From Octopus vulgaris (lineage: Eukaryota): a stretch of 64,000 nucleotides of DNA. The notes under the pieces were generated by a model, which was not told the DNA's origin, did not search any database, and was given only the letters and a program-made list of their open reading frames with translations. Shown here in pieces: positions 24,544 through 38,309 of this stretch (positions within the stretch are counted from its first letter, which is position 1; the number at the start of each line of letters is the position of its first letter). The stretch is from contig OX597819.1 of the NCBI GenBank assembly GCA_951406725.2, forward strand, positions 6,448,001 to 6,512,000, read 5' to 3'. The translations under genes were made by a program, and so were the position numbers.

Positions 24544-25226
24544 ACGTTTCCCGGTTTATTCCTTCTAATGTATAAAATAACTCTGGTGTATTGATTTTCT
24601 CTCTATCTATTACCGACAGAAAAAAAAATGATAATGACACACATTGAATTAAAACTTTTACTAATCTTTCATTAGGAGAGAAATCTCCTTTTACTCTCTC
24701 CTCCTTGACAACGTTATCAATGCAACATCTAAACAGTAATTTATAATGCCCAGTAATTAATATATAACACATCTACATAAATACATACACACGAATCATT
24801 CCTATGTGCACTACCTTACAAATATGCTTGAACATATATATAGACGTCACATAAACAAACATATTCACACACTTACACATACATTATATATATGCGCATG
24901 TGCGCGAGTGTGCCTGTGTGTGTATGTGTGTGTGTGTGTGTATGTGTATGTGTGTGTGTATGTTTATGTGTGTGTGTGTATGTAAACAAATCAATAACGA
25001 ACGATGAATTCTAAAACAAGAACAGGGGGACGTTCACATTGAGTATTATAACCTGGCAGACCGAGTTAAACGGAGAGTTAAAATTAAAGGTGTGGCGTTT
25101 CGAGCATAGTCCTTCGTCGAATACGTAGAGGAAAATCTAGGGAATGGAAGGAGAAAGGGAATTAAGATAGGAACAGAAAGTAATGAGAAAAGCACATGGC
25201 TAGGTATATGAGTTATATATAAATAT

Positions 25227-25393
25227 AGGAGTGGTTGTGTGGTAAGTAGCTTGCTAACCAGCCACATGGTTCCGGGTTCAGTCCCACTGCGTGGCATCTT
25301 GGGCAAGTGTCTTCTGCTATAGCCCCGGGCCGACCAATGCCTTGTGAGTGGATTTGGTAGACGGAAACTGAAAGAAGCCTGTCGTATATATGT

Positions 25394-25479
<86 letters not shown>

Positions 25480-25694
25480 GTGTGTTTGTGTGTCTGTGTT
25501 TGTCCCCCTAGCATTGCTTGACAACCGATTCTGGTGTGTTTACGTCCCCGTCACTTAGCGGTTCGGCAAAAGAGACCGATAAAATAAGTACTGGGCTTAC
25601 AAAGAATAAGTTCCGGGGTCGATTTGCTCGACTAAAGGCGGTGCTCCAGCATGGCCGCAGTCAAATGACTGAAACAAGTAAAAGAGTAAAAGAG
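25227..25694 (+). mobile_element. SINE family A with expanded internal (TA)n
   Basis: Matches the 5762 copy. Confidence 0.92.
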
Positions 25695-25704
25695 ATATAT
25701 AATT

Positions 25705-25749
<45 letters not shown>

Positions 25750-26209
25750 CTTCTCTATCTATTTCTCCATATATATGTGTGTGTTTGTGTGTGTTTGTGT
25801 GTGTGTGTGTCACTGACATTGCTGACTATGTGTCCATGATATCGCAAATGACTATTGAGGCTCGATGCAGATTTGCATGGTCTTTAGAATAGGTGACAGA
25901 CGAAAGTTGTAACTTACTGCGCGCTTCCAACTTCTAAGGTCTGTACACGTCGCTATTTGTCTATCTCCATAGGACTTTGAATAGATGGAATGGCAAATGA
26001 GGTCACCACAAAGAAACATCTTACTTTACTGGATCATAGTGATAAATGCTTGTGCAAAGCAGGAACTACTTTCTGCGTCTACGTTATTACTGCCGCCTGA
26101 CAAGCCGAAGCAACTTAACAAGCAATCATGTGAAACTTGTAGGGTTTTAAATCAGTGTGTCCCTTTCCGGTGGTTTTACTATGCGCCTATATATATATAT
26201 ACATAATAT

Positions 26210-26429
26210 ACCGATAATCGGTGGACGCACGCAGTTGTCGAGTGGTACCCGCGTGAGCGGAAAAGACCACCCGGAAGACCTCCACGACGGTGGAGTGACG
26301 ATTTCAGGAGGACGATTGGGATCACGTGGAGGAGAAAGGCGCGATCCAGAGAGGAGTGGACAGCGTGCTGTGACCAGCGGTGTCAAATGGACGCCTGACG
26401 GACTGGTCGGTCAAAGTGATCAAAGTGAT
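26210..26429 (+). mobile_element. RTE-clade LINE extreme 3' end
   Basis: TDNRWTHAVVEWYPRERKRPPGRPPRRWSDDFRRTIGITWRRKARSREEWTACCDQRCQMDA* (26210-26398, not in the ORF track), then a (CAAAGTGAT)2 tail. Confidence 0.88.
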
Positions 26430-28379
26430 ATATATACATACATACATACATACATACGTATAAAATGTATTTATAAACGTATACATAACTATTTTAGGGT
26501 AATCCGATTAAACCAAGGGGCATTTCTTGAAAGCAAAACAATTATCGCATACAGTAGGTTCTTCCCTTTCCCACAAAGCAGTGAGGGTAGATCTATTTCC
26601 GAAATTTCCAAACATCAGGCCTGCACTCAACTACAATTTTGCTCCTGCTACTATAATACCCAGGTCTACTGCACTGCTGATGCTACATCAGCAGGTATCT
26701 TGATTTTATTTGGATTGAATTTGGAATTATTAAAAATTCTATTGGATATCATTAATTACACAGGATCTAGAATTACCAAACTTAACAGATATCTTTTAAA
26801 ACACATTTATCTTTTGCAGAATAACAAAGATCTATAGAGTGAGAAAATAGATCTGATTGCTGTAATACTTAAGTCCACATGTCCGAATTCAGATGTAACA
26901 AGTGCCGTTGGGTGAAACACAAATATTTTGTGGGTTACCCTCTCAGAAATGCTTAGTCTCAACTATTACTAGTTATGTGAATTTAGATAATGTAGAAGTA
27001 AATGCGCTGCAGTGGGGCGTAACTATATATTAGGATAAGATTTGAACTCAGCACCAATCAGTATTCAGTTGAACTAGTTTAGTAGTATTATCCCAAATAT
27101 TTGTTTTTTTAATCTCATATTTTTTTATTGCAATACATAGTTATGTTGTATTCCAGTATTTCTTATTAATAAGAAAACTGGGTGGTGATTTTTTATCAAA
27201 CACATTTTTAAAACTTCTTTTCGCGCTCCATTGAATATCTGCTGTGCCTGAGAAATTATTTTGATGTCTTTGAAATATTTCCATTTGATTTCATTTTCAG
27301 AGCAATTCTACACCATTTTAGATATATTACAACGAACATTTCTTTCTTCAATTTGACCTCAATATCCTGTAAATTTTCTCTTTATAGTTTTATATATATA
27401 TTTATTTATATATAAATAGATAAATAAATAAATAAATATATATATATATATATTTATTTATTTATATATATCTTGCTCTTCTTTGCAAGATCGTTGTCAC
27501 AAAATAAACAGAATTAAAATAAAATTGCTTCTACTTTCCGCTAAAAGTGATGTATGCAGGACTTTTTCTGGTGCTTCTAACCCTCCGTTTTATTATTTCC
27601 GCTTGATTTCTCTACATATTTCACACTATTACCCTACATTCCACCTCCTTGTTTCTCTCTGTTAAGCAGCTTCCTACATAGCTTCCATTAGCCATTCTCT
27701 CTGCTTTGTTATCCCAAACATTTATACTAACTTTGAGGTGTCTTGTATCTCCTCCTTCAGATTAATTTCCTTCCTCAGTTTTTGTTCCTCTCACTTCATA
27801 AATATATCTGATAAGAACTTGATCCATCTAAAATTTAAATAACTTGAATTATGACATAATAATTATAGAATTTCAGTGCATGATTTATAATTTGCATATT
27901 TATATATACATTTATTTAAGAGTGGGTGCCGATGTTTCAATGGTTCATTTCTAAATACGTGAAAACAGCGGCTGGTTTTATGGTATATTTCTAGTTTTTT
28001 GAGTAATATATTGATATTTCATATACGATTAATTAGGTTATTGGTATTCAGTAGTGTTCATTTTTAACATGTCATGGCGAAAGTAACCTGGAGTTTAAAC
28101 CCAGGATATAATTGAACGAACTTAGTTACTGCAATTTATCTTCCCCAGTGCATTACGACCAAGGCTCCCTGAACAACTGGAGGTTCCACTGTCTCGGCTA
28201 CAGCCATAGACCTTTCGCAGCTGCTGCTTTGAGTAATGTTTTTCGGTGGAAAATGTGCAATGGACTTCATGTGTCCAGTACTGCAAAACTTTCGTTTAAT
28301 AAGTTTAATTTAAGCACCAGCTTTTATCGGTAGAAATTAATTTTACTGCACACACATATACACGCACACACACTAACAC

Positions 28380-28448
<69 letters not shown>

Positions 28449-28900
28449 TATAGCTGTCGTATGCCAGACGTGTGATGTTTAAACCACGCATAAACACTCA
28501 CACATTCAAGCATACATACACACAGGTAGTTAGATGTGTACATGTATATATATATATATATGTATATATATATCGTATTTTGTTCAAAACATGCTACGTA
28601 CGTTTATATAGCACATATTTTTTTGTTCAAAAATATATTACACAATATGAAACCTACTTTATATGACTCCCATAACCAAATTATTCTGTCAGGCATTTAT
28701 TACAGTTTACCAGTAAAATTGGTCCATAATGAATATCTGGAAAAATTCAAACACGAGAACTACTTAATTCGGTTCATAGTACAAGTGTCGTGAAATATAG
28801 TATCCCACATCCTACCGTCAAATTCGCGTCGGTTCCCTGCCAACAAGCTTTCTATGTACGCAAAATCTCCTACACACACACATTATATATATATATATAT

Positions 28901-29446
28901 TGTTACGAACGAAAAAGTTATATTTAGATAATCTCTCATTCGTACGACGCAAATTACTACACCATTCTTTGACTTTGCTAGCGAAGACGAAAAGAATACT
29001 TGTTTGTAGTCAAGTGACTGTTTAAAGCGTAGACGGTAGGATTTTGAGGCCCTTTTATGGTGTGGGTGAAGTATAAAGACTACTGCCCACATGGGGAGGT
29101 AGTTCGTGCCGAAAGGAAATCTGTGACGTACTGGGAAGCCGATGTGGACGGTATAGTATTCAGTGCCTTGCGGTCGATGTGAGGTACTCGATGTGAATGA
29201 TGGTGCCAGGCAATTCCGTATAGAACAGTTTACACATACTGTGAAGTTGGTTTCGGCGATTAAGGTGAACGGTGGAAGGTTTTGAACTGATTACGAAAAT
29301 AGTGTGAACTTAGCAACGCGGTCAAGGCGTAATAGTACTGTGAACTCGGAAGTAACAAGAATCCAGTCGAAAAAAAGTGAGAAAATATATCATTAGACTG
29401 ATGAATAAAAAAAAAGAGCTCACTAAAAGACTATTCTGGGGCAACA
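28901..29446 (+). mobile_element. Candidate solo LTR
   Basis: TGTTAC...GCAACA termini, TATAAA at ~29072, AATAAA at ~29404, higher GC than flanks. No clear TSD. Confidence 0.4.
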
Positions 29447-29684
29447 GGATCCTTTGTTAACGTGAGTAACTTTAAAATAGGAATGACTTAGCTGTATTAA
29501 TCAATATGTTTCAATAAAATAATATTGATATTCCTGAAATCACATTTTAGAACTTCCTTCGAACTTATTCTGACAAAATATTGTGTCAATATACCAATTT
29601 GTTATGATATGAATTATTTCCACAATTATAAATTTTGCTTTTTAAGTGAATGGATTTAATTTTTACCTCATGTTTATATATGTA

Positions 29685-30050
29685 ACTGTGTGGTAAAAAG
29701 TTTACTGCCCAATATCACTGATTCTGAGTTCAGTTTCACCACGTGGTACCTTAGCCACCTGTCTTCTAATATAGTCCCTGGACGACCAAAGCCTTCATTG
29801 TGGATTTGGAAACAGTAGACTGAAATATCTGTGTGTGTGTGTTCGTGCTTATATTTCGTGCAACCGGTATTATATTTCGTGCAACCGGTATTATATTTTC
29901 TTCCCTGTAACGTAGCGATTTGGCATACGCAGCCGATAAAATAAGAAACAGGCTATTAAGAAATAAGCATTTGGATTGATTCGTACAACTAAAATCCTTC
30001 AAGGCGGTGCCTCAACATGGCCACAGTCCAATGACTGAAGCAAGCAAAAC
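29685..30050 (+). mobile_element. Old diverged SINE family A copy
   Basis: CTGTGTGGTAAAAAGTTT head and AAGGCGGTGCCTCAACATGGCCACAGTCCAATGACTGAA tail. Confidence 0.75.
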
Positions 30051-30757
30051 TGATGTTTTAAAATGTTAGCAGGTGAAATAAAGCCAGATGTATTCTTACT
30101 ATATTTTAGGTCATGCATTTTATGAAAAATACCATCACTTGTTAAAGGTTTCCACAAGTAGTGAGTAGTGATCAAATATACATCGATACGTAGATGTTAG
30201 ATGAAGGATGTTTGTGTGAGCTCTAGTTAGATTAGCTGGTCAGTACAAATAGAAAAAAGGCTACAACAAATCAACCACAGAAAATTTCCATAGAATTTTA
30301 AGAAATAAAAGTTTTCGAGAAAGAGCTATTTTTTAAAAAATGTTATTCACCCCATTTACTTGACAACCAGTTCCGCAGGATTCAGTTCCATTCCGTAGCA
30401 CCTTGGTCACGTGTTTTCTATTATATAGCTAAGGACCGGTGAAAGGATTTGTGTGGGTAGATTTGGTAGACGGAACGATATATATATATTTTATGATTAC
30501 ATGGGTAGTCTAATATGGATTGATTTTCGTTATTTTTCCTCTCTGCCTTCGTGGATTGTTTTCGAGTAATTTGTTTTTTCCGGGAGTCTCTTTTTAAAGT
30601 AGAGGAAATAGCTAAGGTTCTTTGACTGCTATTTCTATTCTTCGGTATGTGGTAAAGCAAATCTTTACCTTGAAATGGTCCTATTTCATGCCGAATTCTA
30701 CTTGGTGAAATTATTGATTACTAGTTGATTAATTAATTTCCCCCTTTGTTATTATTG

Positions 30758-30812
<55 letters not shown>

Positions 30813-30849
30813 GAGAGAGGGGGAGAGAGATAGAGAGATAGATAGATAA

Positions 30850-30902
<53 letters not shown>

Positions 30903-30910
30903 GATATATC

Positions 30911-30995
<85 letters not shown>

Positions 30996-31027
30996 TGTGT
31001 CTGTGTGTGTGTGTAATATATATGTAA

Positions 31028-31893
31028 TACATGGAAACATGCAAGCATGAAAAGTCATATTCTTAAGAATATAAACCTGGAAAAATATAGGACAAGTTAT
31101 TACACCTGTAAAAGTATACAACAAACTATTACTTCAAGTAAAGTAAAGAATAAAAAGCTTTTTATTTAAAACTAGCAATATCGCCCGGCGTTGCTCGGGT
31201 TTGTTTCGACCCTTTAGAATTAGAATTTTTGAAAAGTAAGAATTTTGCTTTATGTAGCTTGTTATTCTCTTTAAGTGAACATTTTTCTGGTTGAAATACA
31301 CCGAATAATGGCGACACAGCAGTAAAAAAATCGTAAAAAATAGGGATTTTCATAGAAAAAAAGCACCTTTTTGATGTAAATAATTTTTGGTCTTAACATG
31401 GCTCGATTTGAATTTTATCTTCTAAGGAATAAAGCGCAAGTCTTCTTCTATCATACTCTCAATTTTGGTCAACTTTCGCCGCAGGGTCTCGGAGGAAATA
31501 GAGTTAGTTGAAGGCTACTAAACCTGCCACACACAGACAACTTCAGCTTTATATATATAGATATTACAGCAAAGAATGCCAGTTCTTCTAATTTATCACT
31601 CTTTACAGATCGCATCTTTTAAATTTATTGTACAAAACTTTTCAGTTTGTCTAATTAATCACTTTTTTCTGTATTTAAGGTATTGAATTAGCCAAATTCT
31701 ACTTAAATAAATATAGTGTTATTTGTAAACTATAATAAAATAATTTTTAATATTCAAATTTCAATTTTACCTGCAATATTTTAAGTAAAATGTTTCTTAT
31801 TCTTTATTTTACTAGAAGTAGTAGCTTGTCCTCTACTTTTCCAGGTTTATAATTTTAAGAATATGACTTTTCATGCTCGAATTTTTCCATGTA
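31028..31893. repeat. Diverged fold-back element with ~120-150-bp arms, interrupted by a Helitron
   Basis: GCATGAAAAGTCATATTCTTAA...ATAAACCTGGAAAA at ~31045 is the inverse of ~31837-31876. Confidence 0.75.
31172..31561 (-). mobile_element. Non-autonomous Helitron (third internal variant)
   Basis: Minus-strand TCTATATATATAAAG start, same 3' hairpin and CTAG, A|T target. Confidence 0.88.
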
Positions 31894-32466
31894 ATCCATG
31901 ATTTTTCCAGGCATTGCTGTTATAAGATAATTAACAAGGTGTCAATTATTTAAGATTTTACCTTATAAAATACTAAAAGATATTTCAACTTTTCCATGTT
32001 AGTGATGATAATATTTCAATTTTTTCCGTGTTTAATTTCAATATATGTTGTGATCGAATTATTTGATATTACGCAAGTTGAGAACTGAATTAGTGGTGAA
32101 GCTTGGAAGCTGCTGCGATTGACGAAACTACTACCGTGGTTGAATGATATATATGTTTCTGTGTGTGTATGTTTGTTCTTCATCACCGCTATATAACTGG
32201 TGTTAGTTTGTTGTTTACATCCTCGTAATAAAGCGGTTAGACAAAAGATACACAATTAAGTACTATTGTCGATTTGTTCAACTAAACACTTCTAGTAGAT
32301 GCCTCAGAGTAATGACTGAAAGAAGTAAAATTGGAAGTACTGTAATGCATTTGTGACAATTACATCAACTTTATTAACGGCCTATTAACTGATCCTTACA
32401 AAACAAATGTAAACTTCACTGTATTGCTTGCATAGTAAGCAAATATTAAAAAATATGTGTCATATA

Positions 32467-32875
32467 GGCGCAGGAGTGGCTGTGTGGTAAGTAGCTTGCT
32501 AACCAGCCACATGGTTCCGGGTTCAGTCCCACTGCGTGGCATCTTGGGCAAGTGTCTTCTGCTATAGCCCCGGGCCGACCAATGCCTTGTGAGTGGATTT
32601 GGTAGACGGAAACTGAAAGAAGCCTGTCGTATATATGAATATATATATATATATATGTTTGTTTGTATGTCTATGTTTGTCCCCCTAGCATTGCTTGACA
32701 ACCGATGCTGGTGTGTTTATGTCCCCGTTACTTAGCGGTTCGGCAAAAGAGACCGATAGAAAAAGTACTGGGCTTACAAAAAGAATAAGTCTCGGGGTCG
32801 AGTTGCTCGATTAAAGGCGGTGCTCCAGCATGACCGCAGTCAAATGACTGTAACAAGTAAAAGAGTAAAAGAGTA
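32467..32875 (+). mobile_element. SINE family A
   Basis: Full-length match to the 5762 copy. Confidence 0.92.
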
Positions 32876-32879
32876 ACAT

Positions 32880-33260
32880 ACTGGATTTGCAACTGAACGA
32901 TTCAATTTCATATGCTACCAATATTCCCAGACTTGCCATAACTTCAAAAGAAGCAATGGCACTGAGTTGTCAAATGGAACATAAACCCGAAGAAGAGAAC
33001 GTAAACTTGAAGCTACAACTTTTCACTACTTAATAAAAAATCGCCTACCAACTTTGTACAGTAAAAATACTTGAAATGCATTTTACTAATAAACCACCAT
33101 TCATTCGACACTCTGGACGTATTTTGTCTAATTCACATAAAATCATCAAATCCTTGCAAATGTTTAACCATTTGATCTCACATAACAGGTATACGGTATG
33201 TTAAACATCTTTAATATAAGCCTCGTACAGCAGACGAAATGTCTTCGTTCGAAACATCCA
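32880..33260 (+). mobile_element. Penelope-like GIY-YIG endonuclease relic with degenerate HHR
   Basis: TGFATERFNFICYQYSQTCHNFKRSNGTELS, then YQLCTVKILE (compare TELS...C.LC..EK). CAGACGA-AATG-TCTT-CGTT-CGAAAC at 33231-33255. Confidence 0.6.
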
Positions 33261-33694
33261 ATGTAACTCTTTCCACTATTTCCATGTTAGTATGAACATT
33301 GGTTCTACGCATTATAGTTTCTTTTTTCATATGTATAATTACATATGAAAAGTTAAGATTTACAAGTTGTTTAGATCAACACATGGTCTAACGCTCTGTG
33401 CATCTCGATTTAACAAAAACGTCTCGCTGATGAAACCGGCCTTAGCAGACATATTCTGTCTGTTTTGCTAGAAAGAGGTAGAAACTGATCAGTCCGGGAT
33501 ATATCGTTAATGATAAATGTCTTTGATTTTCACTCTCGATGAATTTATCCCTTTTTTGTGTCCCTAGCACTTGGCATCCTTATTTAGGAGCCCTTGATTA
33601 TATTTCTATATGAATAATATTTTGTCTAATGATTTATTCGTCTTTTGTGCTGGGCCACTGGTAGTAATCTATATTATTACCCTTTGTTTATATT

Positions 33695-33744
<50 letters not shown>

Positions 33745-33747
<3 letters not shown>

Positions 33748-33954
33748 AGTGTGACCCGCATGTGTACCGTTGGCGATTTTTTCCCTGCGTCTTCCCTTCT
33801 CTGGATCTTTCATTTTCTATGTTTCTGACGAAGAGCTCCGCTCGAAACGTTAAGCCCTCCTTCTTTCCTTCTTTCCTGAGTGTCCAATAATACTATACTT
33901 GTTCCACATCCTCGCGTTGTTGTGTTTTCTCTTTGTGTTTTCATGTTTGGATTA

Positions 33955-33960
<6 letters not shown>
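33745..33960 (+). mobile_element. HHR-bearing short element (family F, PLE pLTR-like) in (TA)n
   Basis: Homologous to ~63295-63510; flanked by TA tracts on both sides. Confidence 0.7.
33821..33855 (+). ncRNA. Minimal hammerhead ribozyme motif
   Basis: GTTT-CTGACGA-A-GAGC[TCC]GCTC-GAAA-CG-TT-AAGC. Stem I is GTTT/AAGC; the ACGT palindrome could only form helix III in a dimer. Confidence 0.65.
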
Positions 33961-34032
<72 letters not shown>

Positions 34033-34033
<1 letters not shown>

Positions 34034-34184
34034 TTTATTTAAAAGCAGCAGAAAATTCAACAAAACCTGTTACTCTGAGTAACATGTTTTCTTGAATTTT
34101 CTGCTTTTAAATAAAGCATATTACTCTACCACTGGTATTTGAGTACTCTTTTTCCACCTTGTTTCACATTTATGTGTTTACTCC

Positions 34185-34186
<2 letters not shown>
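34033..34186 (+). mobile_element. Second copy of the hairpin-headed (TA)n-inserted repeat
   Basis: Longer hairpin (arms meeting at GTTACTC-T-GAGTAAC) and the same tail as the 9749 copy. Confidence 0.8.
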
Positions 34187-34245
<59 letters not shown>

Positions 34246-34992
34246 CTGTTGAGCTATATGTTTATATCTTAATATTATGACATTTCTGTATTATTTACCG
34301 TCTCGATTCTTTTATTTCCTCTTAATTTGTTATCGTTATCTATATATATATATATTTACACACGCACACACATGTGCGTAGACATATATACATGTATACA
34401 CACATATATAATGTACATATGTATATTATATGCGCACATGCATATGCGTGTGTGTTTGAGCCTGTTATATGTTGTGCCTCCTGAAAAATGCCGATGGTGC
34501 AACAGATTTTCTACTTTCACATGTTATATGCAAGTCTCTTACAAAGCTGCTTTTCTTAAATGATTGCTGACTTTTCTTTATAATTCAACTACTTTAATAT
34601 TTTGAATGAACCAGCAGTATGCCCAAATTTATATCAATACCCTCACTCTCACGAAGTGTAGCGAATCAATGTTAAGTCATACGAATTCAATACAAACGTG
34701 TTAAGCTGTTTTGAAAGATTTTAGTCACCTCTTATAACTTTTTAAATAATGAAATTTACTATCACTAATTCAATATATATTGATATTATCCTTTTTACCC
34801 TCACTAGATTGCGGTTATGCTGTGGTACCGCCTTGAAGGGTTCTATTCGAATTAATCAACCCTAGTCCTAAGCCTGGTATTTATTCTGCTGTCCTCTTTT
34901 CTCTGAAATGCAAAGTTACAGAAAGGTAAACGAGGTAACACCGGTTGTGAAGCGGTGGTGGGGACAACCATAAACACACACACACACACACT

Positions 34993-35712
34993 CGTGGTAT
35001 CATCAATAAGTATCCGGAGTGTTGACATAGTAACGAAGCTAAAGCATGCAGAGTGAAGTCGCTTGGCACAAACTAATCATGAACTCTGCAGTCCATGCGA
35101 CTAAGTTTAACGTTCGAGCTTACTTCTGCTGTTTACTGCAGGGCTTGGAAGTGACGTGTGTAGCGTGTGTTCGTCGCATTGAACAATGACAGAGGAAGTT
35201 GAGCAGAGAATCTGCATCAAATTTTGCCAAAGGCTTGGCGATATCAGCTCAGAAACCTACGCAAAATTTTCAAAAATTTTTATCGTTCTTCACACTATCA
35301 AAGAGATCTTGCGCAACTTAAACTAGAGTGTCCTTTTAGTCAGCTGAAAGCAGTTTTAGTACAAACTTGACAAACACATGTCTCATACTCAAATCTTCAG
35401 TGATAATGGACTGAACTGAACCGTAACTAATCTGTACATCCTCTGATAACTCACGGGTGGTGATTCCACGATTTTCCTTCACAGCTACACGCACACCTGC
35501 AATGTTAATCTCAGAATTGAGAATAACATCCAGAACGTTCGTCAATATCGACATTTTTTGGCCATATTGGAAACGTCTGAACCACTCGTACATTTGTGTG
35601 CAACTCATACACTCTTCGCCACATTAGAACGTTAACCCTTAGTTCACATGCACAGCAGAGTCGAAGGTCAATCTTTACCTAACGGCTTTACCCTGTATTT
35701 ATTGATCAGTCC

Positions 35713-35715
<3 letters not shown>
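34993..35715. mobile_element. Rearranged mariner derivative made of two opposed left ends
   Basis: Plus: TIR, 5' UTR, MTEEVEQRICIKFCQRLGD (35186). Minus: TIR, partial UTR, MYEWFRRF...ITTRELSEDVQISYGSVQSII...KFVLKLL. Confidence 0.8.
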
Positions 35716-35777
<62 letters not shown>

Positions 35778-35797
35778 ATATATATGTATGTATTATG

Positions 35798-35859
<62 letters not shown>

Positions 35860-35881
35860 CATACATACATACATACATACA

Positions 35882-35931
<50 letters not shown>

Positions 35932-35978
35932 AGGATAAGATCGTTATTTAAAATACCGATCATATAAAGTGGCTGTGC

Positions 35979-36012
<34 letters not shown>

Positions 36013-36256
36013 ACGTGCGTATATGTAAGTATTCGTATGTTGTATATATATATTTGTATTTATGTACTATTTTGCGTGTATTCTACTGAGGAGGCGACGC
36101 ATTTCTTATGCAAAATCAGAAATCCGGGATCTGGAATTATCCAATAATTTTTTGTTAGATTATTTTGTCTCATTGTCTTCTCTCCTGGTGGTGTATGAAC
36201 ATTTAATGAGATTTTAGAATCAAGCATGGTGGTATCTTTTAGATACCCTTAATTAT

Positions 36257-36305
<49 letters not shown>

Positions 36306-36904
36306 GCTCCATCTACCGCATCCACTTACATGGCTTTGATCTGCCTGGTAGTAGAAGACACCTCCGCAAGGGCCCATGCATTAGAACTAAACCCGGAATC
36401 ATGTGATTGGAAAAAAGATCTTCACCACACACCCATGCCGGCTCCCATATATATATATGTGTGTGTGTGCGTGTGTGTGTGTGTGCGTGTGTGTGTGTGT
36501 GCGTGTGTGTGTGTGCGTGTGTGTGTGTAATCATCTCCAACGTTTTCTTTTTCATTTCAGAGTTCTATAACCCCTATCCTTACCATTCGCATTTTCCGAA
36601 CAATTTAACTCGCCCCCTTTCCACATCTATTCTCTCTCTCTTTCTCTCTCCCTCTTTCTTTATCGGTATGTGTCTCCCCTACACATACGCGAATGTGCAC
36701 TCACATAAATTCACACAGTCACACATTCTAATAAATATATATTACGAATAGTCATAGTTTTTATTCATTATTATGAGTTTTCGTATCTAATCATTAATCA
36801 ATTTTTTTTCAGCCAATCACTGAATGTGTTGTATGTGTATGCCTGTGTTTGTGTGGTTTGTATGTATACATATGCGTTTAAATGTACGTATGTGTGTGTT
36901 TATG

Positions 36905-36959
<55 letters not shown>

Positions 36960-38309
36960 TTCACCTTAGTACCACAAACATCACAGTGTGACAGGGAGAG
37001 ATGTTTTATGTCTTTTCGTAATAGAACAGTTTTATAACTTGCCTGAAATATCAAGTTTATGACGGCTCCGCATGTCTGAGAACGTTAAACGCTTACTTAG
37101 AACTAAGTTTTAATTTGATGACCTTATATTTGTTTAATCTCAGCTATAACTGTTGGAGTGTCCTTAGAGAGTAACAATTACTAAGGTCAAAAATCAAAGT
37201 GTTCCTATAACCAAAATATGAACACAATACAAAATCAAAGCATATCTGAATGCGCTAGATAAATATCTTACTGTCCACTTGTTATTGAATGCCCCATAAT
37301 AGTTAACTCAAACTAAAATACAATTTCAATTCATGATAAAAGCCATCTCAGTTTCATATACCCGACTGATGGTCTTTGCAAAACTGTAAATATGATGTTT
37401 GAAAAACTTAAAGCTTAAAATATACTAAATGTGTGTTTAGTTAAAAATAAACTTCGTTGTTGCTAGTATCATATATGAGGTGTGATGAATGGTAATATAT
37501 ATATTCTAAACTCACAGGAGTAAAAACAATTCTTGTTTATGTCGGCACCCTTGGAACTGACTTGTTGTTATTTTTGTCATTGGTATTTACATATCCTTCT
37601 TGTTCTGGTTCCTTAAACCTGTTTTTGTTATTCTTTTTCTCCTGCTTATGCTACTACTACTACTACTACTACTACTTTTTTCTTCTTCCTCACCTTTCAT
37701 TTTTAGCTTCAAATCAATCAGGGCATATATAACCTATGATCCAAGCGTTTGAACCACAATTGTCTTCTTTGTTTTTTTTCTTCTCTCAGACGTTATATTT
37801 TCTCGGACTTCAGTATCTGATATATTTCTTTCCTTTTCCACACGGTAAAGATACTTTGTCAAAAATCCTGTGGCTGCTTTTAGCAGGTTAAAAAACATGC
37901 TGATTACTTCACCGATTCCCACGGTTGAAAGATTACGAGAATGATAGAGTAGCGTTATAAATTTAAATGCACCCGAAGATGAGTTTTCTATCTCTTTCGA
38001 AATATTAATAGAATACTAATAATATTGTGTTGCTATTTCCCTTATCTATAGTATTTCACATTCAAAGAGTAGCGTTATGCTAGAAATTTAACTTCGATAG
38101 TACATTTACTAAGACTGGTACATCGAACAAAAAGCCTGCTACTGTTTAGTGACCTCATCTGCATATTTTACTACAATAAACTCCCTGTCTATGACTGAGT
38201 GTGATTTTATCAATTGTTTTCTATCCACAAATGTGTAGCCTTGCATCTAAAAAAATACCATATTTATTACAGGTGAAGTTTAAGTATCACGAGAGTTGGA
38301 AGGTAAGAG

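Noticed and set aside
26673-26693. 9-bp perfect hairpin CTGCTGATG-CTA-CATCAGCAG
   Set aside because: Short and isolated with no supporting context; could arise by chance.
36086-36130. CTGAGGA...GAAA hammerhead-like core
   Set aside because: The base of stem II and stem I cannot be paired convincingly.
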